Shown: in pieces, positions 33,914 to 45,496 of the stretch
Numbering within the stretch: the first letter of the stretch is position 1
Layout of the letters: every line of letters begins with the position of its first letter
Assembly: GCA_004431415.1 (NCBI GenBank)
Contig: QPMI01000472.1
Span: forward strand, 124,001-188,000
Direction of reading: 5' to 3'
Length of the DNA: 64,000 nt
Source: Cyanophora paradoxa CCMP329
Taxonomy: Eukaryota; Plantae; Glaucophyta
Translations under genes and position numbers: made by a program
The notes under the pieces: model-generated
What the model saw: only the letters and a program-made list of their open reading frames with translations
Told to the model about the DNA's origin: nothing
The model's database searches: none

Positions 33914-36269
33914 ATGAACGCTGCCGCCAAGAAATCCTGAAACGCCTTGTTGACTGGCTTCGTGAAGACGATGTCCTGTCTGAGAATATCGTAATTCCTG
34001 TTGATCCTGATACCAAAAAGCCACTTTTCGCTCATAAAGACGGAACCTGGACTTGGGATAAATTCGATGAAGCCCTGAAATCCGGTAAGTATACTGCTTG
34101 GGGCATTCTCGCTCGTAATATCATGGTAATTGACTTCGACCAAGAGGAGGATTTCGCCAAATTCGAGGAGCAATTCCCTGATGATTTCGGTGGTGTCAAT
34201 CCACTTGCTAAAACAAAAAAAGGATATCATGCTTATTTCGCTCGACCTGCTGAATTCGACACCATTAAGATCTGGGATAAAGCAGGTGCATTCAAAGGAA
34301 ACCCAAGATCGACTGCAAAACGATTGCATCCACTGGGACTGCTGGGGTAATTAATGTTTGTCCAGTCCCAACAAAACATGGATCAGAGAGCCATGGGCAT
34401 CTGAGTGTGAGTTAAATGAACCCACTGCTGAGTTGCAAAAGTGGATTGTTGAAAACTACGAATTCCCCAAAGGTGCACATTCTTATTATGCAAGGTGCGC
34501 TGAGGAGAATTTGCAGAAACATATTCTTTCTAAACTCGAAGAATTCGGTTTCATCTTGCCCACAATCATCAATGAGACCAAGATGGGATACAATTTCACT
34601 GCTGAGAACAAAGGTCTGATCTGTCCCTGCTGCAAGGGAAGCCATGACTCGAACAATTGGTATATTATTCAAGGAAAGGAGAAAGACAAGTACATTGTTT
34701 CGAGTTACAGTGCAAACTGCAAGAAGCGACTTATCACAATTCGTGTAAAGGAAGAGACAGATGCGAATATCGAAAATCTGATTGATCGGTCTGCTGGATC
34801 TGATGGTGCCCATTATGATGTTGCACAGGTTGCCTATCTTGTTCTGCAAGACAAATACAAGTATTCCAACAAGACCTGGTTCAAGTTCAATGATGTATGT
34901 GGGATTTGGGAGATGGATGAAACTGGGAGGCGAATCTTTCTCTGTTTGAGCTGCAAGGTCTGTCCAGTTTATCTTCAACGTTCTGTTCAACTCGCACAGA
35001 GAGCTCTTCGTGATGAAGAGAACCGCAATTCCTTGGAGGAAAGGTCAAAGATTCTGCTGGGAATTGCTAAGAGCCTCAAACAGACTACATACAGAACTGC
35101 ACTTATGTCTGATCTTTCAGTTCTGTTCAGTGACAAGACCTTTTTCGAGAGACTTGATACTGTTCCCAACATCATAGGATTCACAAATGGTGTATTTGAC
35201 TTGAACTCCATGACTTTTCGACAGGGACTCCCAGATGATATGGTGAGCAAGACTGTTGGCTACGATTATACCACAGAAATTGACCAAGAGAAGGTTGCAA
35301 AGATTAAATCCATCTATGCAGATCTGATCGAATCTGATGAAAACCGCGAATTTATGATGGGATTAATTGCCTATGCTCTGTGTGGTTTGACAGAAAATCA
35401 GAGATACACTTGCTGGACTGGAATTGGAGCAAATGGGAAATCTCTGCTCCAAGAGTTGGTGAAAGACACATTTGGTGAATACTATGGGTCACTGGACATG
35501 ACATATTGGACTAAACCCAAGAAGAGTTCATCAGAGGCTGCCCAGAACTCGCTTGCATTCTTGGTAAACGGATTGTTTTCAGTAATGAAGCAGAAGATGG
35601 TGATATGCTTCAACTGAACAAAATCAAACAAGTTACTGGTGGGAATGAGATGAAGGTTCGAACTCTATACAAAGATCTTGTAACATTCATTCCCATGTTC
35701 CAGTTGTTCTTGTCTACAAATGACAATCTGGGATCAGTAAACCAGATGCAGCAATCCAAAGGCGAATTATCTACTACCGATTCGAAAATGTCTTCAAGGT
35801 CGATCCTCAGCCTGGTGAGAAGAAAGCAGACATCACTCTAATGCGCCTAATGAAGAATGATGATGATTATAAAATGGCGCATATGTCCATTCTCCTGGAA
35901 ATGTGGAGAACCCATTCTCTCAATGAATTCGTCACCAAACCACCCCAGTCCATTGTTGATCAAGGTATGGAGTATTTCAATGAGAATGACAAGATTGGAG
36001 AGTGGATTCGAGAGAATTATGAACTCACCAAGAGTCAAGGCGATTTCACTACAAGTGAGTCCATCATGAGTGACTTCAAGAGAGACCACATGGGCAAATC
36101 TGATGAGAAAATCTCAGATTGCACCATTATGAAGAGACTTCGCGAAGTCTTTAATGTGAAGTCTGACAGAAAACGAGTGAATGGTGTCCTTGCTCGTGGT
36201 TACTTTGGGATCAAAAAGAAGCATGGTCGCAGATTGATGGATGACAGTGTTGAAGGTGGGGATGAGTAA
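33914..36269 (+). CDS. Prim-Pol primase fused to D5-like SF3 helicase (several frameshifts)
   Basis: VIDFD and TKKGYHAYF (AEP), CPCC..H Zn site, IGFTNGVFDL (D5_N), Walker A TGIGANGKS, IKQVTGG. Confidence 0.88.
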
Positions 36270-36317
36270 ATAAAACGGAATCAATACTTAATACTGTGAA
36301 TTTCTAATTTTTTAAAA

Positions 36318-36445
36318 CCCTTACTGTAAATGGTTTGTGTGACAGGTGTGACAGGTGTGACAGGTGTTTTCAGAAGTCTGAGGATTTTTAAAAATTTAAA
36401 AAAGTTTGCAAATAGGTGTCACACCTGTCACACCCGTCACACCCA
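36318..36445. promoter_or_regulatory. Putative origin: inverted GGTGTGACA iterons right after the primase-helicase gene
   Basis: Three GTGTGACAG, AT-rich core, three TGTCACAC-like units; same layout as 26886 and 51225. Confidence 0.6.
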
Positions 36446-36593
36446 ATTAACCACAGACTCCCCCCTGTGGGTCGATCACTTTCGCGAATAATAATTGGAC
36501 AATATAAAAACGTATCGGAAATCGGTGTGTTGTGACAAAAATTGACTGGCGATTTAAGGGATCGTTGCGTATTTCACTTGACTAAGACAGAAA

Positions 36594-36785
36594 ATGGATT
36601 ATTTTGATGAAATTCGGCAGCAGCTTGTCGAAAAGAATGATATTGCAGAGGTGGCGGATTATATTGCAAAGATCAGAGCGATCAATGGTAGACCATATCA
36701 AAAGAAGCGAGTGTATGCAAGCAGACTCGACACAGTGAATGTATATATCCCCAAAGGCACGAATGTGCGAATCATAAGAACCTGA
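36594..36785 (+). CDS. Hypothetical viral protein
   Basis: 63-aa ATG ORF upstream of polB. Confidence 0.45.
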   Translation: MDYFDEIRQQLVEKNDIAEVADYIAKIRAINGRPYQKKRVYASRLDTVNVYIPKGTNVRIIRT

Positions 36786-36841
36786 AAAATGCGAAATGCG
36801 TTTAAAACGCCCAAAAATAATATGTTCCCTTAAAGTAAAAG

Positions 36842-39800
36842 ATGCCCCGCCAATCCAATAGAATCATCAAAGAGAAGAAAAACGAAATACTCGGTCTTTT
36901 AGGAACCCTTTTAGTCACTGGTGATATTACAGAATTCGAATATGATCGCCAGGCAGCAATCTTGGATAGGAGACCAAGATTATCTCAACTCACAGAAATT
37001 ACAAATCGCCTCTATGATCGTTTTGAGAAAATGGAGGAATTCAGGGATGAAGGTTTAAGGTTGGGAACAATTGAACCCGAGATTGAGGATGGGGAAGCAA
37101 TGAACAAAGCATATTCTTGGTTAACCTATCGAGCAAGAGGGGAGGTTATCCAAGATGGGATTGAATTCTTGGAGAGAATTGCAACCACTCTACCTCAGAG
37201 ACTCAGACAGAAACTCCAAGACCTGAGAGCAATTAAGACTCGGTTGACCTTCATTTGTAAATTCACCAAAGTGAGTGATCCAAGGGTGTGGATCACCAAG
37301 TTCATTTATAGTGATTACTTTGTCATCACAAGATCACGAAATATTGATGTTGAACTGCGAAATGCCCTTCAATCCATGCAGGAGCAGATGATGCAGGTGG
37401 ACAGTTACAGACTGGATCGCATTGAGATGCTGAGAGTGGTAATAATGTCTTATGCTCCTGTGGGTGGTTGCTTCTTCTCAACACCTGAGTGGATTGGATC
37501 AAAGAGAGCAACTGTGAATGTGAAGAATATTGATGGTCAAGACTGCTTCAAGTATGCAATCTTGGCTTACCTGCACCGAAATGATATTAATAAACACAAG
37601 AGCAATGAACCCAGCCAGTATAGAAGATGGTTAAACGAACTCAATTTCGAAGGCATCCAGTTTCCAGTTGCCTGTGATGCAGAGGTTATTGATAAATTCG
37701 AAGAGCAGAACCCTGAACTGAGTATCAACATTTATGGTGCAGATAATCAAGCACAGTGTTTCTATCCTCTCCATCAATCCAGCAACCCCAGGAGAAAGAC
37801 CAAGATTAACCTTTTATTAATCGAAAACGAAGAGGATGATAGAGGGCATTATATCACCATCATGTCTCTGAGTAGACTTCTGAAAACCACCTTTGATAAA
37901 GCCCATGATGGTCGCATTTATTATTGTGAGACCTGTCTGTCTCGTTTCAGAACTCAGGAGAAGCTGGATGTACATATAGAAGCGAATCGCTGCATTGATT
38001 GGAGGGAGAGCAAAGGTAAATGCCCGAAATCTGGAAGTCACATTGCATTTGGGCTTCAACACCTTCGCAAAACTGTGTGGCTTCCCACTATCTGCTATGT
38101 AAAAATGGATAGTCACTCGGTTCCAATTGATGAGAACCGCAGTAAAAGAGAGGTAAAATCGGTCTCTCTGACAGTTGTGATGGGGGATGAGGTGATCTCT
38201 CATTATTTCGAGGGATCAGATCCACTTGGTGATCTGTTCACCACTCTCACAGAGATCAGACCCCAAGTAATCCGCACTCTATTCACCAATATTCCAATGC
38301 ACCCACTCACAGAAGAGCAGAAAGCACAATACAAGATCACTAAACACTGTTATATCTGTGCTGAACGATTTACCCATGAGAATTTCCCAGTGAGAGACCA
38401 TTGTCATCAATCAGGAGCATTTATTGGGAAAGCATGCCGAAACTGCAACCTCCACAGGAGAATCTCAAAGCAAACGAAAGTAGCAATAGTGGTGGATCAC
38501 ATGGATGAATGTGGACACGAAATATTCCGCAAAATTGCACAGCAAGATGATAAACTTCGTGTTGAGATCCTGAGCAAGAATTTCGATCAATACCTGTCCC
38601 TGCAATGGGGCATGTGGAAATTCATTGATGCTTCGCATTTCATGGACTTCCAGGCAGTGGATGCAAGTGATCTAATGGGTAAATTCCAGACATTCCGAGA
38701 ATTGGCGTTTTCCCAATATGGATTGGATCCTGCCCACTATGTGAGCGCTCCTGGATTATCCTGGGATGCAATGCTCATTTATACCAGAGCAAAGATCGAG
38801 CAGATCAGTGATGTAGGGCAATACGAATTCATTGAGAGAGCAATTCGAGGTGGGTTTGCTACAATGCCTACTCGATATGCAAAGGTGGAAAACCCAGATG
38901 ACCATATAGTTCTCTTGGATGCAAATAATCTGTATGGTTTTGCTCTCAGTAAAGAACTGCCCATTGGCGATTTTCGATGGGAAGATGTCACAGAGGCACT
39001 TAAAGAGACCTCTGGACGAAGTGCTTTCATTGAAGTAGACCTGGAATACCCACAAACTCTCACAGATCATTACGATTTTCCACTTGTAGTAAATAAAGAG
39101 CAAATCAGCACCGAAATGCTGGGTGAGTATCAACGAAAACTACTGGATATCACAGGTGAGAAGATAAGCAAAGACCCCAAACTCACAGCAACATTCTCAC
39201 CCAAAAACAACTATGTGATCTCCCAACCTCTCTTGGTCTATCTTGTGAGCAAAGGTATTATAATTAAGAAGGTTCACAGGGTTCTCTCATTTGCAACCTC
39301 TGCATTCATGAAGAGTTATATTGATCTAAATACGAAACTGAGGCGCCAATCTGTCACCAGATTCGAGTCTGACTTCTTTAAATTAATGAACAATGCAATC
39401 TATGGTAAATGCTCGAATCATGCAGGGGTCGATCTGTGGTAAAGATTGCTAACAGTGAGAAACTCTGCAAGAAATATGCTGCAAGTCCATTGATCAAGGC
39501 AACCGATGTATTAAACGAAAATGCTGTTGCCTTTGAGATGTACTCAAAGCATGTTCACTTAGATAAACCATTAGCAATTGGTGCTTTTGTGCTGGATTTC
39601 GCCAAACTCCATAATAGCAGGTTCTTTTATGATGTGGTGAGGAGAACTTGGGAAACAGCAGAGCTGCTGTTCCATGATACAGATTCTTTCTGTCTACTGC
39701 TGCATACCAATGATCTAAATAATGAGATGAAGCGAATTGCTGAACACCTGGATTGCAGTAATTATGATCCAGCCCACCCTCTCTTTGATAGGAGTAATCG

Positions 39801-40122
39801 CTTGATTCCAGGTAAATATAAAAACGAGTTCCCCCATGCAAAGATTGTGGAGTATGTAGGTCTGAGATCGAAACTCTATGCTTTCAGAACTGAGACCTTT
39901 GATAAAATAAAAATGTCTGGAACCTCCTCAAAAGAGGTTTACTTTGATGATTTCAAGAGATGCTTGTTTGAAGGCATCACCAAAACAGTAGCAGTAGTAA
40001 ACAAGCGAAGACAAGACCACAACCTATATGATTTGGAGAGCAGAAGGGTGGCTCTAAACCAACTCGATAGCAAAAGGAAGATATTAGACGATGGAATTCA
40101 CAGCATTCCATTTGGGCTCTAA
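36842..40122 (+). CDS. polB: Protein-primed family B DNA polymerase, Polinton type with EndoVII-like insert (frameshift near 39412)
   Basis: DHCH..G...CRNCN, YGLDPAHY, IRGG, LDANNLYG, KLMNNAIYGK, HDTDS, GKYKNE, LRSKLYA; N-terminal DCF...GHY OTU-like segment. Confidence 0.93.
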
Positions 40123-40251
40123 TCTACTTCATTAATCTTTCTTTTTCTTTGGTTTCGCTCTCCAAGAAGTAATAAACCGCGAATTAAATGCAGCAGCCAA
40201 ATACATCTTAATCCAGGATCATTGGGCTCGATTGCAAAATAGTTTGGAATT

Positions 40252-41555
40252 GTGTTCTCTTTCCACACAGACTCTTGCATTTATTATATGAGAGATAAGG
40301 TAAAGATGCCTTCAACACAAATAGGATTGAGACAACCACCAAGAATTGTGAGAAAAGAGGCAATTGAAGATCGAGGGAATATCCTGCCCATCACAGTTCC
40401 AGTGGAGGAGAAGAGCAGTCGAATATTAAAAAGATCAGAGATGGTCAAGCAATTAATCCCAGAGACCCTCCCAGCTGAGACAGCAACAAAAGAGTCAAAG
40501 ATTGCTAAGAAGTTCTATGATCCCAGGACAGGCTACAAAGGATTTACTGCAATGAGACAGGAACTACCAGAGGAGAACTACAAGAAGATGAGAGAATGGT
40601 ATGATAAGCAGGAGGTTGTCCAAATTAATGCACCCACTCTATCTCGAAAGAGAGATCCCATGATTCCAATTAGGCAACCCCTTGATACATATGTGATTGA
40701 TCTGCTCTTCTTTCCTGCATACAAAAAGCAGAATGATGGTTATGATACATTTATGAGTGCAATGGAATCAACCCTGAGAACAGGGTTCATAATTCCAATG
40801 AGAGACAAGAGTGCTCTTACTACTCTTGCAGCATTCAAGCAACTTGAACAAAGAGTCCCCAGACCGATTGTTCGCATTCAGAGTGATAGTGGAAGCGAAT
40901 TTACCAATGTGCTATTCACAGATTATTTGGGAACCAAATTCATAGAGCATCAACTAAGTGATGTTGCAGATCACAGAACCCAAGGTCGAATTGAAGCCTT
41001 TAACAGACAGATCAAAAGATTGATCACAAACTACTGCATTGCAAATAATACTGCACGATTTTTTGATGTGTTGGGTGATATTGAGTATAATTATAATAAT
41101 ACCATTCACTCTGCAACCAAGAGAAAACCAGCAGAGACCACAGAAGCCCACTACAAAGAGATTGTGAATATGGAGGATCAGAGATTCAAGAAATCGATCG
41201 AATATCTTGATGCCTGAAACCTGGAATGTTTGTGAGAGTAAAAGTTGAAAAGAATCCATTTGCAAAGCAGGGTGTTAATTGGTCTCGAATTGTTTATAGT
41301 GTGGAGGGCAGAGAGGGCTTCAAGTTCAGAATCAGAAGTCCAAGTGGTGAGATAGTTGATGGTAGATTCGCTTTTCATGAACTGCTGCCCATCAAAGGTG
41401 TTGAGTATCATGAAACTCCCACAGTGGATGCCCTTGAACATGCAAAGGAGGAAGCCAGGGTTGATTCTGCAATCAGAAAGGAGGGCATAGAAAAAGCAAG
41501 TGAAGTACCAAAAGAACCCTCACAGAAGCAAGAGCACAAAAGAAGGGTAGAGTAG
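40252..41555 (+). CDS. Polinton-type rve (DDE) integrase (frameshift near 41220; likely ATG 40306)
   Basis: IDLLF, SDSGSEF, GRIEAFNRQIK, YNNTIHSATKRKP, then VRV...FAK...NWS..VY. Confidence 0.92.
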
Positions 41556-41704
41556 AGAAGGAATTAAAGAAGTTGACCATAGCAGGAACCCAGAAATTAT
41601 CAGAAGTTAACAGTCAGAGGTGGTATAATGACTTTTCAACCACCAAGGAAACATATACTGCACCCAAACTCGATTTAATCTACGAAGTGGGCAGAGGAAA
41701 TAGA

Positions 41705-41947
41705 TTAACAACGCTTTCGGAATCTCTTAGACCTCTGGCGAATTCTCCTCATTTGTCTATCTTTTTCAAGAATTTCCAAGAAGAAAGTTTCAAGGTTTGA
41801 GACCAGCTGGTAATTGTAAACAAAGAACAGTCTCACATGCTCTGGCTGTGACATGAAGAAATTGTAATAGAAAGCAGTTTTGAAATCATGGACCCAGTCT
41901 GATTGGGCAGCATGGATGATAGCAGGGTCTTGGTAGATGGGATCCAT
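41705..41947 (-). CDS. Hypothetical viral protein
   Basis: ATG-started part (MDPIYQDP) of ORF 41705..41983. Confidence 0.45.
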   Translation of the reverse strand: MDPIYQDPAIIHAAQSDWVHDFKTAFYYNFFMSQPEHVRLFFVYNYQLVSNLETFFLEILEKDRQMRRIRQRSKRFRKRC

Positions 41948-41999
41948 AGCAGAAGTTGAGAGAATCCAGAAAATCCTTGTCAATTTTTTATTTTGTTAG

Positions 42000-43090
42000 T
42001 GCCCGATCTCAACGAAACACGAACGGCGCTGTCGAGAGGATTCCGAATCTGTTTTCAGAATTGAAAACGGAGCAGTTGGTAATAAAATACATATATATGA
42101 CCGATATTGAAGTTTCGGTGAAGTTTCAATGAAGTTTCGGAGCGAAGTTTCAATGAAGTTTCGGAGCGAAGTTTCAACGAAGTTTCGGAGCGAAGTTTTT
42201 ATGAAGTTTCGGTGAAGTTGCGAATGACGTCATGAGTGTCTTTTCGGTTCGCGAATAATTAAGTGGACATGGCGGCGTCCCGTCGTTTTTTTGAAGAGGT
42301 GTCCTCGAAAATGGTGCCCCGTCATTTTCGTGAAACGGTGTCCTCGAAAATATATCTTATCCTGTTGAAAAAAATGGTTGCTCGTCATCGCAACCATCAT
42401 CGCAACCATGGTTGCATCATCGCAACCATCATCGCAACCATGGTTGCATCATCGCAACCAGGTTGCGCAACCACTCAATCGGAAAAAAATTGTGTGCGCA
42501 ACCACTCAATCGGAAAAAATTGGTTGCGCAACCAGGTTGCGCAACCAGCGCAACCATGGTTGCATCATGGTTGCATCATATCGCAACCATGGTTGCATCA
42601 TTGCAACCAGGTTGCGCAACCAGTATGACGTCATGACATCACGAGTTTCATGACAAATATATATACCATACATTTCGTGTGACACAGAAGCCCCCAGTCG
42701 CCGACCGACCAATCCGCTATTTTATGGTCAAAATGTATATATGCGCATATATACTTGACGGTTCGCGTTACCACTGTCGGCATCGAATAACGTTCCTACT
42801 GTGGTGCTGTCGGCATCTTCAAATGCTTGTATCTCGTCACCAGAACATCGGATTGCGACCGTCGACATAGCGCTGGAAAGCGCTTGCAAAGACCTACACG
42901 ACAATATAGGTGTCGAGTATATATATGTATATATATCATACATATATTTCGAAAAAACGACTTGTCGGCTACTTTCTACTGCAAAGAACATGCAGTAAAA
43001 TAATGCAAAAATACAGTAGCTACTGTAAAAATCGCCATAATGTGGGCGAAGATACAGTAGCCACTGGATCATACGTCAGGAATTCTGAAA
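42000..43090. repeat. Non-coding CpG-rich island with several short repeat families
   Basis: GAAGTTTCGG/GAAGTTTCAA array (about 42109-42220), GTGTCCTCGAAAAT x2, palindromic GCAACCATGGTTGC / GGTTGCGCAACC array (about 42377-42622). Confidence 0.8.
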
Positions 43091-43092
43091 TA

Positions 43093-44634
43093 TTATACAC
43101 TTCGAATAAATGCACCTGTGACATCCACTCTCATAGTTGGGGTGTTGATGTATACAAGTGGATAAATTCGAATATACCTTGTCCTCAGAGGGTAGCCAAT
43201 ATAGAAAACGTCTTTAATAGAGGTGGGATACCCAGAACTGTATGAGACATCACCACTGTTGTGGGCATTATTGATAGTTTCACACATAAACACTCTATTC
43301 ACACCTTCATACTTGATAAATGACCAGGAAACACCATCTTGTGATGTTGCAACATTGAAGGTCTTAACAAAGGCATTTGTCACACCAGAACCATATGCAA
43401 TTATAGATGCTACCTCAAATATATATGGGAAGGATACTTGCAGATACTCAGTGGGAACACTCCATATTCCATCAGGAGCAGATGCATTTGCCTCCCAACC
43501 TGTTAATGATGGTCTTGCTTTAAATGCCTCCCTTCCAATTTTCGATGATGAAGCAGTGAATGCACCATCTGATAGAAGATACCAGTTAGCATCAATGGGA
43601 GGTATGCTATTCAGAGTGGATGATATATAGAACCTTGCAGGGTTCTTGATTTCGTAATTTGCAACCAGTAAATCACAGAGTCTATCAATCATCACAGTGT
43701 TTGCTGCTATGTACATTTCGGTTGCATCTATCATATCTGGGATCTTAGAGGTATCATCCAAAGAGTTTACTATGGTCTTTGGAAGTGGAACAGAGAGTCT
43801 ATAATATCTTGCATATCCTTGATCATCATTGTATGGGAGAAACTCTTGCATCTTTTCCAGAGCAGAGAGTTCACTTGCAGCCATCAACATATTGATTAAT
43901 GGACTTCCAGAGGTCGAAGCAATCCAAGAGAGGATGCCCCAGCTGTTCACATCTTCATAAGAGTAACCCACATTTGGAGCATCTGTTTCATTGACTTCAC
44001 CACAGGATATACTTATCACTATAATATCATCATCATCATCATAGATCTTCTTAGCATGACTGTAACCACAGACACTGGGATTGTTGTTACCTGAGATTGC
44101 ACCATCAATTAGAGACATCCCATCATAGTTCACAGGTGAGAAATATGTTGGAGCAGCAGAGGTAGATCTTGCAGCAATCTTGCTGGGGATGGATTTGTAG
44201 GAGTTATCATTGGTGATAAAAATGGGCTTCATACTCACAGTGTCAAAACTTGTGATCACTACATCTTTCAGAGAGTCTTGAATGAGAGACTCACCAGTAA
44301 CAGTGAGAATGGCTGTCTCCAATGGGGTCACATCATACTTGGTGTTGAAGAGTGCATTATCAATAATATTTCGGGGATTTGCAAAGATTAAAGGCAGTTG
44401 ATTGAGATAAGTGGAATGCAAATCGGTTGCAGTGAGTTTAGGTTCGTTTGGAAATTCGGGATTTTTCACATTGAGACCAATCGCAATTATCCCACCAGTG
44501 GATGTTCCACTCACCAGATCAACAAGGTCAATTACTCTTTTTCCTGTTCGAGTTTCGATTTCTTTAAGCAATCTCGTAATAATTATACCACGAGCTCCCC
44601 CACCTGAGAGACTGAGGCAAATCTTCAAAGGCAT
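43093..44634 (-). CDS. Patatin-like phospholipase fused to F5/8 type C (discoidin) domain
   Basis: GGGARG, GTSTG, DGA; C-terminal FTASS..EYLQV..SQDGVSW..RYIRIYP..MRVD. Confidence 0.9.
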   Translation of the reverse strand: MPLKICLSLSGGGARGIIITRLLKEIETRTGKRVIDLVDLVSGTSTGGIIAIGLNVKNPEFPNEPKLTATDLHSTYLNQLPLIFANPRNIIDNALFNTKYDVTPLETAILTVTGESLIQDSLKDVVITSFDTVSMKPIFITNDNSYKSIPSKIAARSTSAAPTYFSPVNYDGMSLIDGAISGNNNPSVCGYSHAKKIYDDDDDIIVISISCGEVNETDAPNVGYSYEDVNSWGILSWIASTSGSPLINMLMAASELSALEKMQEFLPYNDDQGYARYYRLSVPLPKTIVNSLDDTSKIPDMIDATEMYIAANTVMIDRLCDLLVANYEIKNPARFYISSTLNSIPPIDANWYLLSDGAFTASSSKIGREAFKARPSLTGWEANASAPDGIWSVPTEYLQVSFPYIFEVASIIAYGSGVTNAFVKTFNVATSQDGVSWSFIKYEGVNRVFMCETINNAHNSGDVSYSSGYPTSIKDVFYIGYPLRTRYIRIYPLVYINTPTMRVDVTGAFIRSV

Positions 44635-44661
44635 TTTGTCACTTTAACATTGACGGATATT

Positions 44662-45372
44662 TTAAGAATTGTTTACTAATCGGTAATCCTCATCAAACTT
44701 TAACAAGTTTGCACGAAATTCCTTTGCCTTTGAAAATGCATCTTCCTCTGTGTATTTTTTAAGTGTGAACCGTTTCGAATGTGTTTTCAAATTTCCAGTG
44801 TCATCTTTAATTGTTACAATAGCGCAAATATACCAAACATTCCATCTCTTGTCAAACGATTTGAAAATGTTCGAGGATTCATGAACAAATTTCCGATTGA
44901 TTGAATTTACCCTCTGAGATACAATTCTGAGATTCTGTTTCCTATTATCAGATCTGATCTGATTAATGTGATCAATACATTCTTTTTTGCTTTTCCCTTC
45001 ATACTTCATTACAGCTCTATGCATATGTCGAAACTTGCATGTGTTTGATGAAACATAACCATTGTGCGAATGCCAAATATGAGAATCCAGAATATCAAAG
45101 TCTTCCACATCAATTAATCCAAGAACATCATTCTGAGTTGTGAATTCAATCGTTTTATCATCAACATATCGATATTTGTTAAACACTTTTCCCTGTGCAA
45201 TACAAACTTCTTTCAAAGCACTTTCGGCTTCATCTTTCGTATCAAATCGCTTTTCCTTTCTATTACCGATTTTGTCAAAATACTTCATCAACCACTTCTT
45301 TTTACAGTCTGTTCTTTTTGAGAGATAGACAGTTCCACCATACTTTGCGATGTTATCACTGTAAAGCCACAT
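44662..45372 (-). CDS. HNH endonuclease (HNH_3 type, AP2-like flanks)
   Basis: HMHRAVM...IDHINQIRSDNRKQNLRIVSQRVN. Confidence 0.88.
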   Translation of the reverse strand: MWLYSDNIAKYGGTVYLSKRTDCKKKWLMKYFDKIGNRKEKRFDTKDEAESALKEVCIAQGKVFNKYRYVDDKTIEFTTQNDVLGLIDVEDFDILDSHIWHSHNGYVSSNTCKFRHMHRAVMKYEGKSKKECIDHINQIRSDNRKQNLRIVSQRVNSINRKFVHESSNIFKSFDKRWNVWYICAIVTIKDDTGNLKTHSKRFTLKKYTEEDAFSKAKEFRANLLKFDEDYRLVNNS

Positions 45373-45496
45373 TTTGCTCCGTTACTCCTCCTTATAATAC
45401 TTATCCTTAAATACTTTTTGACATCATTTTTTGAGGCGAAGGGGCATCTTTACTTAACTCAAATTTAATAAATCTCTATAAGTAGAGTAAACAGGG

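Noticed and set aside
42263-42712. ORFs in the GCAACC repeat region
   Set aside because: Translations of palindromic repeats open in several frames.
42053-43090. 10-bp inverted match TTTCAGAATT / AATTCTGAAA as TIRs of the island
   Set aside because: Too short and AT-rich; no TSD.
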